Shown: positions 11,186 to 19,551 of the stretch, piece after piece | Position numbering within the stretch: the stretch's first letter is position 1 | Layout of the letters: each line of letters starts with the position of its first letter | Source: Nitrospirota bacterium | GTDB lineage: Bacteria > Nitrospirota > Thermodesulfovibrionia > Thermodesulfovibrionales > JdFR-85 | NCBI GenBank assembly: GCA_013152485.1 | Contig: JAADGG010000081.1 | Span: 20,621 to 75,472 of the forward strand | Direction of reading: 5' to 3' | DNA length: 54,852 nt | Notes under the pieces: model-generated | What the model was told of the DNA's origin: nothing | The model's database searches: none | The model's input: only the letters and a program-made list of their open reading frames with translations | Made by a program: the position numbers and the translations under genes

Positions 11186-12916
11186 TCAGAACCCCCGGAT
11201 CCGCCGCTCCCCTCTCAGAAGCGGCCTCATGACGAGTATATTGTTGTCTCCCCTGTCCTCCATGGGGATGGACTTGTACGCAAGGGCCTTCTCGGCTATG
11301 GCCTTGAACACCGGCGCCGCCACTTCACCGCCGTAGTATCCGCCTTTCGGCTTCCACACAACCACTATTATGGCAAACAACGGATCGGTGGCCGGAACGA
11401 ACCCTACAAAGGAGCTGACGAAATCCCGGCGCGAATACCTGCCCGTACGCGGATCGATCATACGTGATGTCCCGGTCTTCCCTGCAACGGTATTGCCGTA
11501 GACGGAAGCAGCCGGTGCAGTGCCTCCTTCCTCGGTGACCGTCTCGAGGGCTTCCCGCAGGCGCTGTACCGTCTCCATCGAGAGGATCCTCTCCGGCTCC
11601 GGGCCTTCCGCCTCCATCAGCACACTGCCGTCAGGAGCGAGGACCTTCGAGACCACATGGGGCTTCACGAGGTAACCACCGTTGGCGATAGCGGAGTAAG
11701 CCCTGAGGACCTGCAGCGGAGTCACCAGGACCTCGTAACCGATCGCCATGGCGCCTATGGTCGTCCCTGACCACCTGTGGGGCGGTTTCACGACCCCTGA
11801 GACCTCTCCGGTCAGATCGACTCCTGTCTTGTCTCCGAAGCCGAACAGCTTGGCATAGTCATAGAACCGCTCGGGCCCGAGCCTGAGGGTCATCTTCACG
11901 GCACCCACGTTCGACGACTTCTGGATTATCTCCCTCAGGGTAAGGACACCGTGCTTGTGGGTGTCCCTTATACGCTTACCCCCCACCTCTATCTCTCCTT
12001 CCGAGCAGTCAACCCTTGTATTCAGTGTTGCTATCTTTTCTTCAAGCACGGCAGCGGCCATGACGATCTTGAAGGTCGAGCCGGGCTCGTAAAGGTCCGT
12101 AACCGCCCTGTTCCGCCTGTCGGCTGCCCTGTACGCACCTGGTCTGTTCGGATCAAAGGTCGGCCTGTTTGCAAGGGCGAGTATCTCACCGGTATGAGGG
12201 TCCATCATTATTGCAGTGGCTGCCCTGGACTTCCACTTCCTGGTTGCACTCTCGAGCTCTGACTCGACAATATATTGTAACCCTTCGTCAATGGTGAGCA
12301 CAATACTGTTGCCCGTTGACTCGTAATCGACGTCCCTGTAGAGTATGTTGCCGCGTGCATCCCTGTAGAGATACACCTTGCCTCCATCGGCTGCAAGGGC
12401 ATCGTCATACCTCTTCTCCACGCCCTCGCGGCCACGGTTGTCGACATCCGTGAAGCCCAGCACGTGAGAGGCAAGGAACCCCTTGGGATAGAACCTCTCC
12501 GTGTCCGGCTCTATACCTATGCCCTTCAGTTTGAGCCTCATTGCGGCCATGGCCTGCTCTGGAGAGACGCGTCTTGCAAGCAGTGCGTAACGTCTTCCTT
12601 CCCTCTTCATCTTTCTGATCGTGGATGTGTTTATGTTTACAATCCGCCCGAGCCTGCGGGCAACCTGCTCAGGGGACTCGATGGCGGAAGGGTCGCCGTA
12701 GATGGAAGGACGGTCGAGGCTTACAGCCAGTTCCCTGCCGTTGCGGTCGTATATCCCCCCCCGCCTCACGAGAATCTTGATACCCATGGTGTGTTGTATG
12801 GCGGCAAGCCGCTCGAGCCTTTCATGGTCGAACAGCATGAGGTAAGCGAGCCGGCCGAATATGATCATGAAACCGGCTGCAATCACCGTAGCTATGATAA
12901 GTGGACGTCCTTTCAT
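11186..12916 (-). CDS. ftsI: Division transpeptidase PBP3/FtsI
   Basis: N-terminal TM, RGxIYDRNG, EPGSTFK (SxxK), SSN (SxN) and KTGT; no obvious PASTA domain. Confidence 0.95.
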   Translation of the reverse strand: MKGRPLIIATVIAAGFMIIFGRLAYLMLFDHERLERLAAIQHTMGIKILVRRGGIYDRNGRELAVSLDRPSIYGDPSAIESPEQVARRLGRIVNINTSTIRKMKREGRRYALLARRVSPEQAMAAMRLKLKGIGIEPDTERFYPKGFLASHVLGFTDVDNRGREGVEKRYDDALAADGGKVYLYRDARGNILYRDVDYESTGNSIVLTIDEGLQYIVESELESATRKWKSRAATAIMMDPHTGEILALANRPTFDPNRPGAYRAADRRNRAVTDLYEPGSTFKIVMAAAVLEEKIATLNTRVDCSEGEIEVGGKRIRDTHKHGVLTLREIIQKSSNVGAVKMTLRLGPERFYDYAKLFGFGDKTGVDLTGEVSGVVKPPHRWSGTTIGAMAIGYEVLVTPLQVLRAYSAIANGGYLVKPHVVSKVLAPDGSVLMEAEGPEPERILSMETVQRLREALETVTEEGGTAPAASVYGNTVAGKTGTSRMIDPRTGRYSRRDFVSSFVGFVPATDPLFAIIVVVWKPKGGYYGGEVAAPVFKAIAEKALAYKSIPMEDRGDNNILVMRPLLRGERRIRGF

Positions 12917-13070
12917 CCCCCGACACCCCTTAATAGCTGACAGGTAGTTTGCAAGCCTGCAAGCTTGTAGTTTTTACCGCCTGTTTCTTACCACTCCCCT
13001 CGACGGGGCACCCTGAACACCGGCTGATTACTGATTAGGGCATTACGGCCCTGGCGGCCTGAGCAGGAAA

Positions 13071-13403
13071 CTACCGCTCCATCAGCCCGGCCGTGTATGG
13101 TGTTGGACCACGATCGCTCTTAACGAAGAAGACCCTCTTCCTGTCGGGATAGACAAGCCCCATCCTGTTGGCGGCTATGTACTGGACCTTCTTCAGAGAG
13201 ACCATCTGGGCCCTTTTCGCAACAAGTTCCCTTCTCTCTTTTATCAGAGCGACCCTCTGTTTCTGCAGCTGTCCCAGCTCGTACTCAAAGGCTGTAACTC
13301 TGGAGTGGAGCCATATTGTGGAGAAAATGAGGAAAACGATCGCGAGGACGAGGAACGGTTTGATGATCCTGCCAAGGAAACCTCTTCTCTGTCTGTAGGT
13401 CAT
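13071..13403 (-). CDS. ftsL: Cell division protein FtsL
   Basis: Single TM plus coiled coil and an A..MGL..P motif; lies between rsmH and ftsI. Confidence 0.85.
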   Translation of the reverse strand: MTYRQRRGFLGRIIKPFLVLAIVFLIFSTIWLHSRVTAFEYELGQLQKQRVALIKERRELVAKRAQMVSLKKVQYIAANRMGLVYPDRKRVFFVKSDRGPTPYTAGLMER

Positions 13404-14281
13404 AGCTTCTCTACCCCCCTTAGTTTCGCACTCCTTGAAGAGGGATTCCTCCTCTGCTCATCCCAGAGGGGGGTGATCGGCTTCTTGTTCAGCCTTACAA
13501 GGGACCCCTCCTGCCTCTCGGAAGCGAGAATAAACCTCTTCACAATCCTGTCTTCAAGAGAGTGATAGGTTATAACACAGAGACGTCCGCCCTTCTTCAG
13601 TATGCTCACGGCATTGGACAGACCCTCGGACAGCTGGGTCAACTCGTCGTTCACGGCGATCCTCAAGGCCTGAAACGTCTTCGTGGCCGGATGAATCCGT
13701 CCGCGCCTTCTGTAGACTCGCTCGACAATGGCGGACAACTGAACACAGGTCTCGATCCGTTCCCTCTTCCTCTGTTTCACTATCTCTCTCGCTATCTGCA
13801 GCGCCTTCTTTTCTTCGCCGAACTCCTTAAGTATCCTCGCTATCTCGCGTTCGCTCCATCCGTTCACGATATCCGCCGCCGTCAACGGAAGACTTCTGTC
13901 CATCCTCATATCAAGGGGGGCGGTCGAGCGAAAACTGAATCCCCTGCTCTCGTCTTTCATCTGCATCATGGATATCCCGAGGTCCATGATGACCCCGTCC
14001 AGTTCCTCAAAACCCAGGGCCCTCACCTTCTCAGCCATCTCGGAAAAGCTTCCATGGACGTACCGCACCCTCGGATCGTCCATCCCGAGCGCAGCCCTCT
14101 CGAGGGCCTCCCTGTCTCTGTCCATCACGACGACAATCCCATCCGGTCCGAGCCTCCTGAGCAGCTCCCTGGTATGACCCCCTCCTCCGAACGTTGCATC
14201 AAGGTATACACCGTCCGGTACCGGATTCAGCAGGTCCACCAGTTCCTGTGACAGAACCGGAATATGCACAACGGTTGTCAT
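13400..14281 (-). CDS. rsmH: 16S rRNA m4C1402 methyltransferase
   Basis: Motifs HIPVL, DATFGGGGH, DLGISMMQ, PLDMRMD, FQALRIAVNDEL, YHSLEDR and NPSSRSAKLR. Confidence 0.97.
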   Translation of the reverse strand: MTTVVHIPVLSQELVDLLNPVPDGVYLDATFGGGGHTRELLRRLGPDGIVVVMDRDREALERAALGMDDPRVRYVHGSFSEMAEKVRALGFEELDGVIMDLGISMMQMKDESRGFSFRSTAPLDMRMDRSLPLTAADIVNGWSEREIARILKEFGEEKKALQIAREIVKQRKRERIETCVQLSAIVERVYRRRGRIHPATKTFQALRIAVNDELTQLSEGLSNAVSILKKGGRLCVITYHSLEDRIVKRFILASERQEGSLVRLNKKPITPLWDEQRRNPSSRSAKLRGVEKL

Positions 14282-14306
14282 GGCTCATCCGGCCTCTTGT
14301 TGATCC

Positions 14307-14759
14307 TCATATTCCAAGGGATGCGAGCTCTTCCTCGAGAGCCTTTCTGTCGATCGTCAAAGGATCCACGACCTTGTCCCATTCATCCTTGTTCCACAGC
14401 TCCATCTTGTCGACCTGGCCCACAACCGCGACCTCGCCGTTTATGTCAGTGTCCGCCCGCAGGGATGCAGGTATCAGGATCCGCCCCTGCTTGTCCATCT
14501 CGCACTCATGGGCGGATGCCACGACCCGTCTCATCAGCCACCTGACGGATTCCTTCATCTGCGGCAGCGACCTTATCTTCTCTTCAAACCTCTGCCACTC
14601 CTCAAACGGATATATGAGCAGGCACTTGTCAAAAGCTGCAGTGGTGATATAAAGTTTGGAGCTGTAATTACTGAGCAGTATGGACCTGTAAGGTGCAGGA
14701 ATCATCACCCGACCCTTCGGATCCACACTGTAGTAGTATTTACCAGAAAATCCTGGCAT
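14307..14759 (-). CDS. mraZ: Transcriptional regulator MraZ
   Basis: Duplicated DxxGR motifs (VDPKGRVMIP and MDKQGRILIP); first gene of the dcw cluster. Confidence 0.97.
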   Translation of the reverse strand: MPGFSGKYYYSVDPKGRVMIPAPYRSILLSNYSSKLYITTAAFDKCLLIYPFEEWQRFEEKIRSLPQMKESVRWLMRRVVASAHECEMDKQGRILIPASLRADTDINGEVAVVGQVDKMELWNKDEWDKVVDPLTIDRKALEEELASLGI

Positions 14760-14765
14760 AGCTCA

Positions 14766-14789
14766 CCACCTTTTACCACATTCTCCCAC
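14766..14789 (-). promoter_or_regulatory. MraZ operator: three GTGG repeats at 10-bp periodicity
   Basis: Minus strand reads GGTGGGAGAA-TGTGGTAAAA-GGTGGTGAGC, with GTGG cores at 14786-89, 14776-79 and 14766-69. This matches the known MraZ direct-repeat architecture. Confidence 0.85.
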
Positions 14790-14795
14790 CTCTTA

Positions 14796-14824
14796 ATAAT
14801 ATTAAAGATCCGGCCGAATGTCAA
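14796..14824 (-). promoter_or_regulatory. sigma70-type promoter of the dcw operon
   Basis: TTGACA (14824-14819), 17-bp spacer, TATTAT (14801-14796). Confidence 0.8.
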
Positions 14825-14898
14825 GTAAAAAATGGAGGCATGTATCCAAGCGGAACAGGAGAGGCGATGTCGGACCGTTCAATGCACAGCGTAATGGT

Positions 14899-15687
14899 TC
14901 AGAGCATCTCCCTCACCTTGCCCTTGAGGGGTATGACATAGTAGTTCCGGGAGCGTCGAAACGGTTTCAGCAAGGCGAGCGTACCGTCGGGAAGGCCCGG
15001 CCCTGTCACGATCTCGAGGCTTCCCTCGAAGAAACCGTTCGAGAAGACGAGGTTCCTTATCCTGCCGGACATGTGCTCCCCCTCCAGGCTCACCGACTCG
15101 ACCTTCAGCCCGTCCTTCCGGAATGATCCGGCCCCCTTGATAACACTGAAAGACTTCATCGGTATGTAAAGCCCTCCCGAGCGTATATCGTCCAGTACGA
15201 GATCCCTGACCTCGAAGTACAGTTCACCCGCCCCATTATCGACCATTCCTGTCAGGTCCAGAATCCCGCTGCCCCTGAATGCCGAAGCAGCCAGCAGGTC
15301 CAAATCCTCCAGTCTGGCCGAGCGGATATCCACCGCAGCCCTGACCGAGCCCTTTCCGACAAACGCCTCGGCAGAGATCTCACCGCCCGAGAGGTACCCG
15401 GCAAACGATACCTTCAGCCCGCCAAGGAAAAGGCTCAAGGGGTGGATCCTTCCCGAGAGCCTTTCCATGCTGACGAGACCCTTCCTGCTGTGCACCACCC
15501 TGACGCCGTCCATCTCGAAGTCGAAGAAGGGATTCTTCCTGAACCCGTAGACCTCCGTTCTTATCCGCTCCCCGCTGAGCACTCCCTGGAGCCATTCGGC
15601 AGCCCATCTGTCGGGAATGCCGGCATACCAGAGACCTACGGAAACGGAAGAGACCAAGGCAATGACGACAAACAGCCTTCTCAACAT
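14899..15687 (-). CDS. Probable type II secretion protein GspN-like (N-terminal anchor plus beta-rich domain)
   Basis: N-terminal hydrophobic anchor followed by P.., then a beta-strand-rich 262-aa body resembling deltaproteobacterial GspN. By-eye resemblance only. Confidence 0.5.
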   Translation of the reverse strand: MLRRLFVVIALVSSVSVGLWYAGIPDRWAAEWLQGVLSGERIRTEVYGFRKNPFFDFEMDGVRVVHSRKGLVSMERLSGRIHPLSLFLGGLKVSFAGYLSGGEISAEAFVGKGSVRAAVDIRSARLEDLDLLAASAFRGSGILDLTGMVDNGAGELYFEVRDLVLDDIRSGGLYIPMKSFSVIKGAGSFRKDGLKVESVSLEGEHMSGRIRNLVFSNGFFEGSLEIVTGPGLPDGTLALLKPFRRSRNYYVIPLKGKVREML

Positions 15688-15743
15688 GGGGTATAGACCA
15701 TCCTCTTCCTCAGGCGCTTTAACCCGAGGCGTGTTTCATGCGA

Positions 15744-15772
15744 TTGCCAGTATCATCGAAATATTGTATAAT
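15744..15772 (+). promoter_or_regulatory. sigma70-type promoter for DUF2914 gene
   Basis: TTGCCA (15744-49), 17 bp, TATAAT (15767-72). Confidence 0.7.
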
Positions 15773-15889
15773 TTTGACTGTATTTTTATCAGGCAGCAGC
15801 TCCGCCTGACCCACGGGACTCAGCCCGTGAAAACGGAACAGCCGATTGACTAAGAACCACAAAAGCAGTTCACGAAAGGAGATGAAACG

Positions 15890-16294
15890 ATGTCATTCAA
15901 AGGAATCCTTACGACCTTGGTCATCCTGTCAGCCCTCCTGCTTCCCCTCGCCGTTACGGCACAGGAGGAGCCGGTACTGAAGGTGACCGAGGCAGCAATC
16001 GCCACCTCGGTGGAAAATCTCGTACCCAAGGGGGTCTCTGACAGGTTTCCAGGCTCCGTGGGCAAGCTATACGCCTTCACGAGGATTGCAGGGGCAACGA
16101 AAGAGACCCTCGTTTGGCACCTCTGGTTCTATGGGGACAAGCTCATGGCAGAGGTGAGCCTTCCGGTCAAGTCCGTAAACTGGAGGACTTACAGCAGCAA
16201 GAGAATAGTGCCGGGCTGGACGGGAGAGTGGAGGGTCGATGTCACGAATGAAGACGGCTTGCTGCTCGAGACCCTGTATTTCACAATAGAGTGA
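15890..16294 (+). CDS. Exported DUF2914-domain protein
   Basis: Signal peptide (…AVTA-Q), then LYAFTRI, HLWFY, WRTYSSK and GEWRVDV typical of DUF2914; SD AAGGAG. Confidence 0.8.
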   Translation: MSFKGILTTLVILSALLLPLAVTAQEEPVLKVTEAAIATSVENLVPKGVSDRFPGSVGKLYAFTRIAGATKETLVWHLWFYGDKLMAEVSLPVKSVNWRTYSSKRIVPGWTGEWRVDVTNEDGLLLETLYFTIE

Positions 16295-16475
16295 CTCTCC
16301 AGGGTGAACGCTCCGGAAAGCAAAAGTCGCAAGACCGGGGTGTCGGAGCTGCATCTGAAGCAATACGAGGGATGCCTGTGCCGGCAGGCGTCTGTTCTCC
16401 AAGACCTCGTCACATAACCTGCAGGCCGGCCGGTTGCGCGGATGAGGGATCGATCCCCGGAGAAACCGCGTGGAT

Positions 16476-17642
16476 TCACCTGCTCCTCGAAAGCCTGAGG
16501 ATCAAGTAACCTGCAACTCCGGACATGAAAGACCCGGCAAGTATTGCAAGCTTATCAGTGTATTGAAATACGCGGGCGTCTTCAAACGCGAGGGATCCGA
16601 TAAAGAGGCTCATCGTGAATCCGATACCGGTCAATATCGAGACCCCGTAGAACTGCACCCAGTTGCTGTCTTTCGGAAGCCCTGCAATCCCGAGCCTTAT
16701 AGCCGCCCAGCTGAAACAGAACACCCCGAGCTGCTTGCCGAGAAACAGCCCGAGTATTATTCCCAGCGGCACCGGGCCGGACATCTGGCTGAGTGAGATC
16801 TGCGTGACGTTCACCCCTGCATTGACGAAGGCAAACAGCGGCAGGATGAGAAACGCCACCCAGAAATGCAGGTCGTGCTCTATTTCCTTGGAGGGAGACA
16901 CCGGCCTGCCGTCCTCACCTCTTGCCTTCAACGGAATGGTAAATGCCAGAATCACGCCTGCAAGCGTTGCATGAACGCCCGACTTGAGGACGCTGACCCA
17001 CAATATGGATCCAACGATGAAGTATGCCGCCTTTTTCGTCACGCCCAGCCGGTTGATGAGTATCAGGACCGACAACGCTGCCGCGGCAACCGCTATGGAG
17101 AGGGTGGAGAGTTCGGCCGTATAGAAGATGGCGATGATCACGATCGCCCCCAAATCATCGATTATCGCCAGCGCCATCAAAAAGAGCTTGAGGGAGACGG
17201 GAACCCGCTTGCCCAGCAATGACAGGACGCCGAGGGCGAACGCTATGTCGGTGGCCGTCGGGATCGCCCATCCGTTGACTGCGACCGGATTGTCATGGTT
17301 GAAGACCAGATAAATTACCGCAGGAACGGCCATGCCACCTACGGCGGCGATTCCGGGCAAGGCAACCTGGCCCAGGGACGACAGATGGCCCTCTAGAATT
17401 TCCCTCTTTACTTCAAGGCCTATCAACAAGAAGAAGACGGCCATCAGCCCGTCGTTCACCCAGTGGTAAAGGGACTTGTCAAGCCGTAATGTGCCGATAT
17501 GGATGCCGACCGGGAGATGCAGCAGGGACTCGTACCATCCCGACCATGAAGTGTTGCTCAGGATCAACGCAAAGACGGTCACCAGGATCAACAGGATACC
17601 GCCCGTGGACTCCCTCTCTATGAACTCTTCGATTATGTTCAT
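16476..17642 (-). CDS. nhaA: Na+/H+ antiporter NhaA
   Basis: Motifs WVNDGLMAVFF, GWAIPTATDIAFA, LAIIDDLG, SGVHAT and GIGFTMSLFI. Start ATG 17642 gives 388 aa. Confidence 0.96.
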   Translation of the reverse strand: MNIIEEFIERESTGGILLILVTVFALILSNTSWSGWYESLLHLPVGIHIGTLRLDKSLYHWVNDGLMAVFFLLIGLEVKREILEGHLSSLGQVALPGIAAVGGMAVPAVIYLVFNHDNPVAVNGWAIPTATDIAFALGVLSLLGKRVPVSLKLFLMALAIIDDLGAIVIIAIFYTAELSTLSIAVAAAALSVLILINRLGVTKKAAYFIVGSILWVSVLKSGVHATLAGVILAFTIPLKARGEDGRPVSPSKEIEHDLHFWVAFLILPLFAFVNAGVNVTQISLSQMSGPVPLGIILGLFLGKQLGVFCFSWAAIRLGIAGLPKDSNWVQFYGVSILTGIGFTMSLFIGSLAFEDARVFQYTDKLAILAGSFMSGVAGYLILRLSRSR

Positions 17643-18081
17643 CCCGTTCCTGAGTCTCAAGACACCAACCGCCATGCACAAAGACTTTTTCAAGGATAAT
17701 AACACGTAACAGGCTGAAAAGAGAACAGGGGAGCAGACCGGACATAAGCGGGACAGGCTGAGTCGATCATGGAGGAGAGGACGCCCTGACCCTTTTGAGA
17801 CGATTACTACTTCGGCAATAAAATACCGTATCCCTTTCATATCGCCGGATAAAGCCCTGCAGGACAAAACTGTTACCCTGATACAAGGATAAAGAGGCTC
17901 ACTTATGGGAAGGAGCGGTATGACAGACTCTGAACGGTTTCAAGTATCACAAGGGCTTCACCTGGATGGTGAAGCGTGATTCTTACCTCGGAGTCCCGGC
18001 CGGACGCCGGGAGGATGAGATGAAAAATCGATATCCCCTCTCCTGCCATGACGTACACTGTTTACCGGACAGTATCGATAT

Positions 18082-18110
18082 TTGATTATTATTGATCCAT
18101 AAGATATTAT
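18082..18110 (+). promoter_or_regulatory. Candidate sigma70 promoter for TraF-like gene
   Basis: TTGATT (18082-87), 17 bp, TATTAT (18105-10), in an AT-rich patch. Confidence 0.5.
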
Positions 18111-18310
18111 AATAGGTATACGGATACAACCCATGTACAATTCCGGGATCTCACTCCTCACAGCTCGAGTCCGGCCGGATGATTGAATCCCTCAGGTGGA
18201 GATCCTCCGGGTCCGGCAGACGGCATGGAAAACAAATCATGAAACAAACGGTTTTCTTCAAGCAATGTCAGGTCGTCAAGTCGACGAAACCAATCAAAGG
18301 AGGCATGGTT

Positions 18311-19513
18311 ATGACAGGTTTTTGCAGGATGATGCTGGTTGTGTTGTCTTTACTTCTGCTGACAACGGAGGCCTATGCAGCCGAGTTCGTGACGCTGGGA
18401 CCGAGGGCGATGGGCATGGGAGGAGCCCATGTCGCCGTTTCATCGGATGCCACGGCGATCCACTGGAATCCCGCGGGGCTGAGTGCGCAGCAGAGGACGA
18501 CCGATCTCAGGGCACACCTGGGTGTTGTCGCCAAGGACCGCAGCAAGTTTGCCGACCTATGGAACGACATCGATGAAATCCTCGCCGGAAGGGCGATAAA
18601 CGACCCGAGCTTCTATGCCGACTCGGCAGACGTCGAACGACTGGTGGATATCCTCCGCCGGCTGGATGAGCGCAATGTCAGCATGGATCTCAACGGCGAG
18701 GCCGGGGCCGTTGCCAGCGCCAACATAAGGGGTTTTGCCATAGCGGCCGGCGTAACAGGCATAGGCTACGCAAACGCCGTACCGAGACTCGACCTTGTGA
18801 ACGTCAAGGCGCTTCCTCCGTTCTTCGACTCACAGTCCATCGCAAACAACAAGTCGGAAATCGACCTTACGGCCCTGCAGACCATGGAATACAGTCTGAG
18901 CGTGGCGCACGGCTTCATCGGAGACACCCTTCATGTGGGGGGGACACTGAAACTCGTGGATGCCGCAACATACTTCTATACCATCTCTGCATTCAACACC
19001 AGCGATACCGACATAGTGGACGAGGTGCAAAGGAACAAGAGGACGGGCCAGGAGATAACCGGCGACATAGGCATAATCTGGATGCCCCTTGAGAAGCTGC
19101 GGGTTGGAGCCGTTGGGAAATACCTGACGGGACCCTCCTTTTCCTCTGCAAGAGGGGCACCCATAGAGATAGCTCCTCAGTTCAGGGCCGGAGCGGCCTT
19201 CCTGCCCTGGCGCGGCGCGACCGTTGCACTCGATATAGACCTCACTGAAAACGAGACCCTCACGCCGGGATACAGGGAACGGCAGGTCGCAGCAGGATTC
19301 GAGCAGGCATTCGGCACGCGTGGTAAGGTGTTGAGCGACCTCTTCACCGTGAGGGCCGGCGTATACAAGAACATTGCCGAAAGCGGGTCCAACTATGTAG
19401 GCACTGCAGGCATCGGGGTGGGACTCCTCGGGGCAAGGCTCGATATAGCCGGCGCATACGACTTTCAGAAGGAAGAGGTCGGCGCGAGTGCAAACATAGG
19501 GTTCCAGTGGTAG
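18311..19513 (+). CDS. TraF_2/FadL-like outer-membrane beta-barrel protein
   Basis: SD AAGGAGG, signal peptide ending AYA, GPRAMGMGGA..A...DATAIHWNPAGL motif, amphipathic beta strands and a C-terminal aromatic beta-signal (IGFQW). Confidence 0.75.
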   Translation: MTGFCRMMLVVLSLLLLTTEAYAAEFVTLGPRAMGMGGAHVAVSSDATAIHWNPAGLSAQQRTTDLRAHLGVVAKDRSKFADLWNDIDEILAGRAINDPSFYADSADVERLVDILRRLDERNVSMDLNGEAGAVASANIRGFAIAAGVTGIGYANAVPRLDLVNVKALPPFFDSQSIANNKSEIDLTALQTMEYSLSVAHGFIGDTLHVGGTLKLVDAATYFYTISAFNTSDTDIVDEVQRNKRTGQEITGDIGIIWMPLEKLRVGAVGKYLTGPSFSSARGAPIEIAPQFRAGAAFLPWRGATVALDIDLTENETLTPGYRERQVAAGFEQAFGTRGKVLSDLFTVRAGVYKNIAESGSNYVGTAGIGVGLLGARLDIAGAYDFQKEEVGASANIGFQW

Positions 19514-19551
19514 GCCAGACTCGGCACTCTCCTGCCGCAGAGCGGATGCGG

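Noticed and set aside
17643-17900. nhaA-associated Na+/Li+ riboswitch
   Set aside because: An extended -10 (TGT-TATTAT) ~55 nt before the start suggests a short leader, and I recognised no motif. It cannot be excluded without Infernal.
18311-19513. Conjugative element implied by the TraF-like gene
   Set aside because: No relaxase, T4SS, integrase or att repeats are present in the window.
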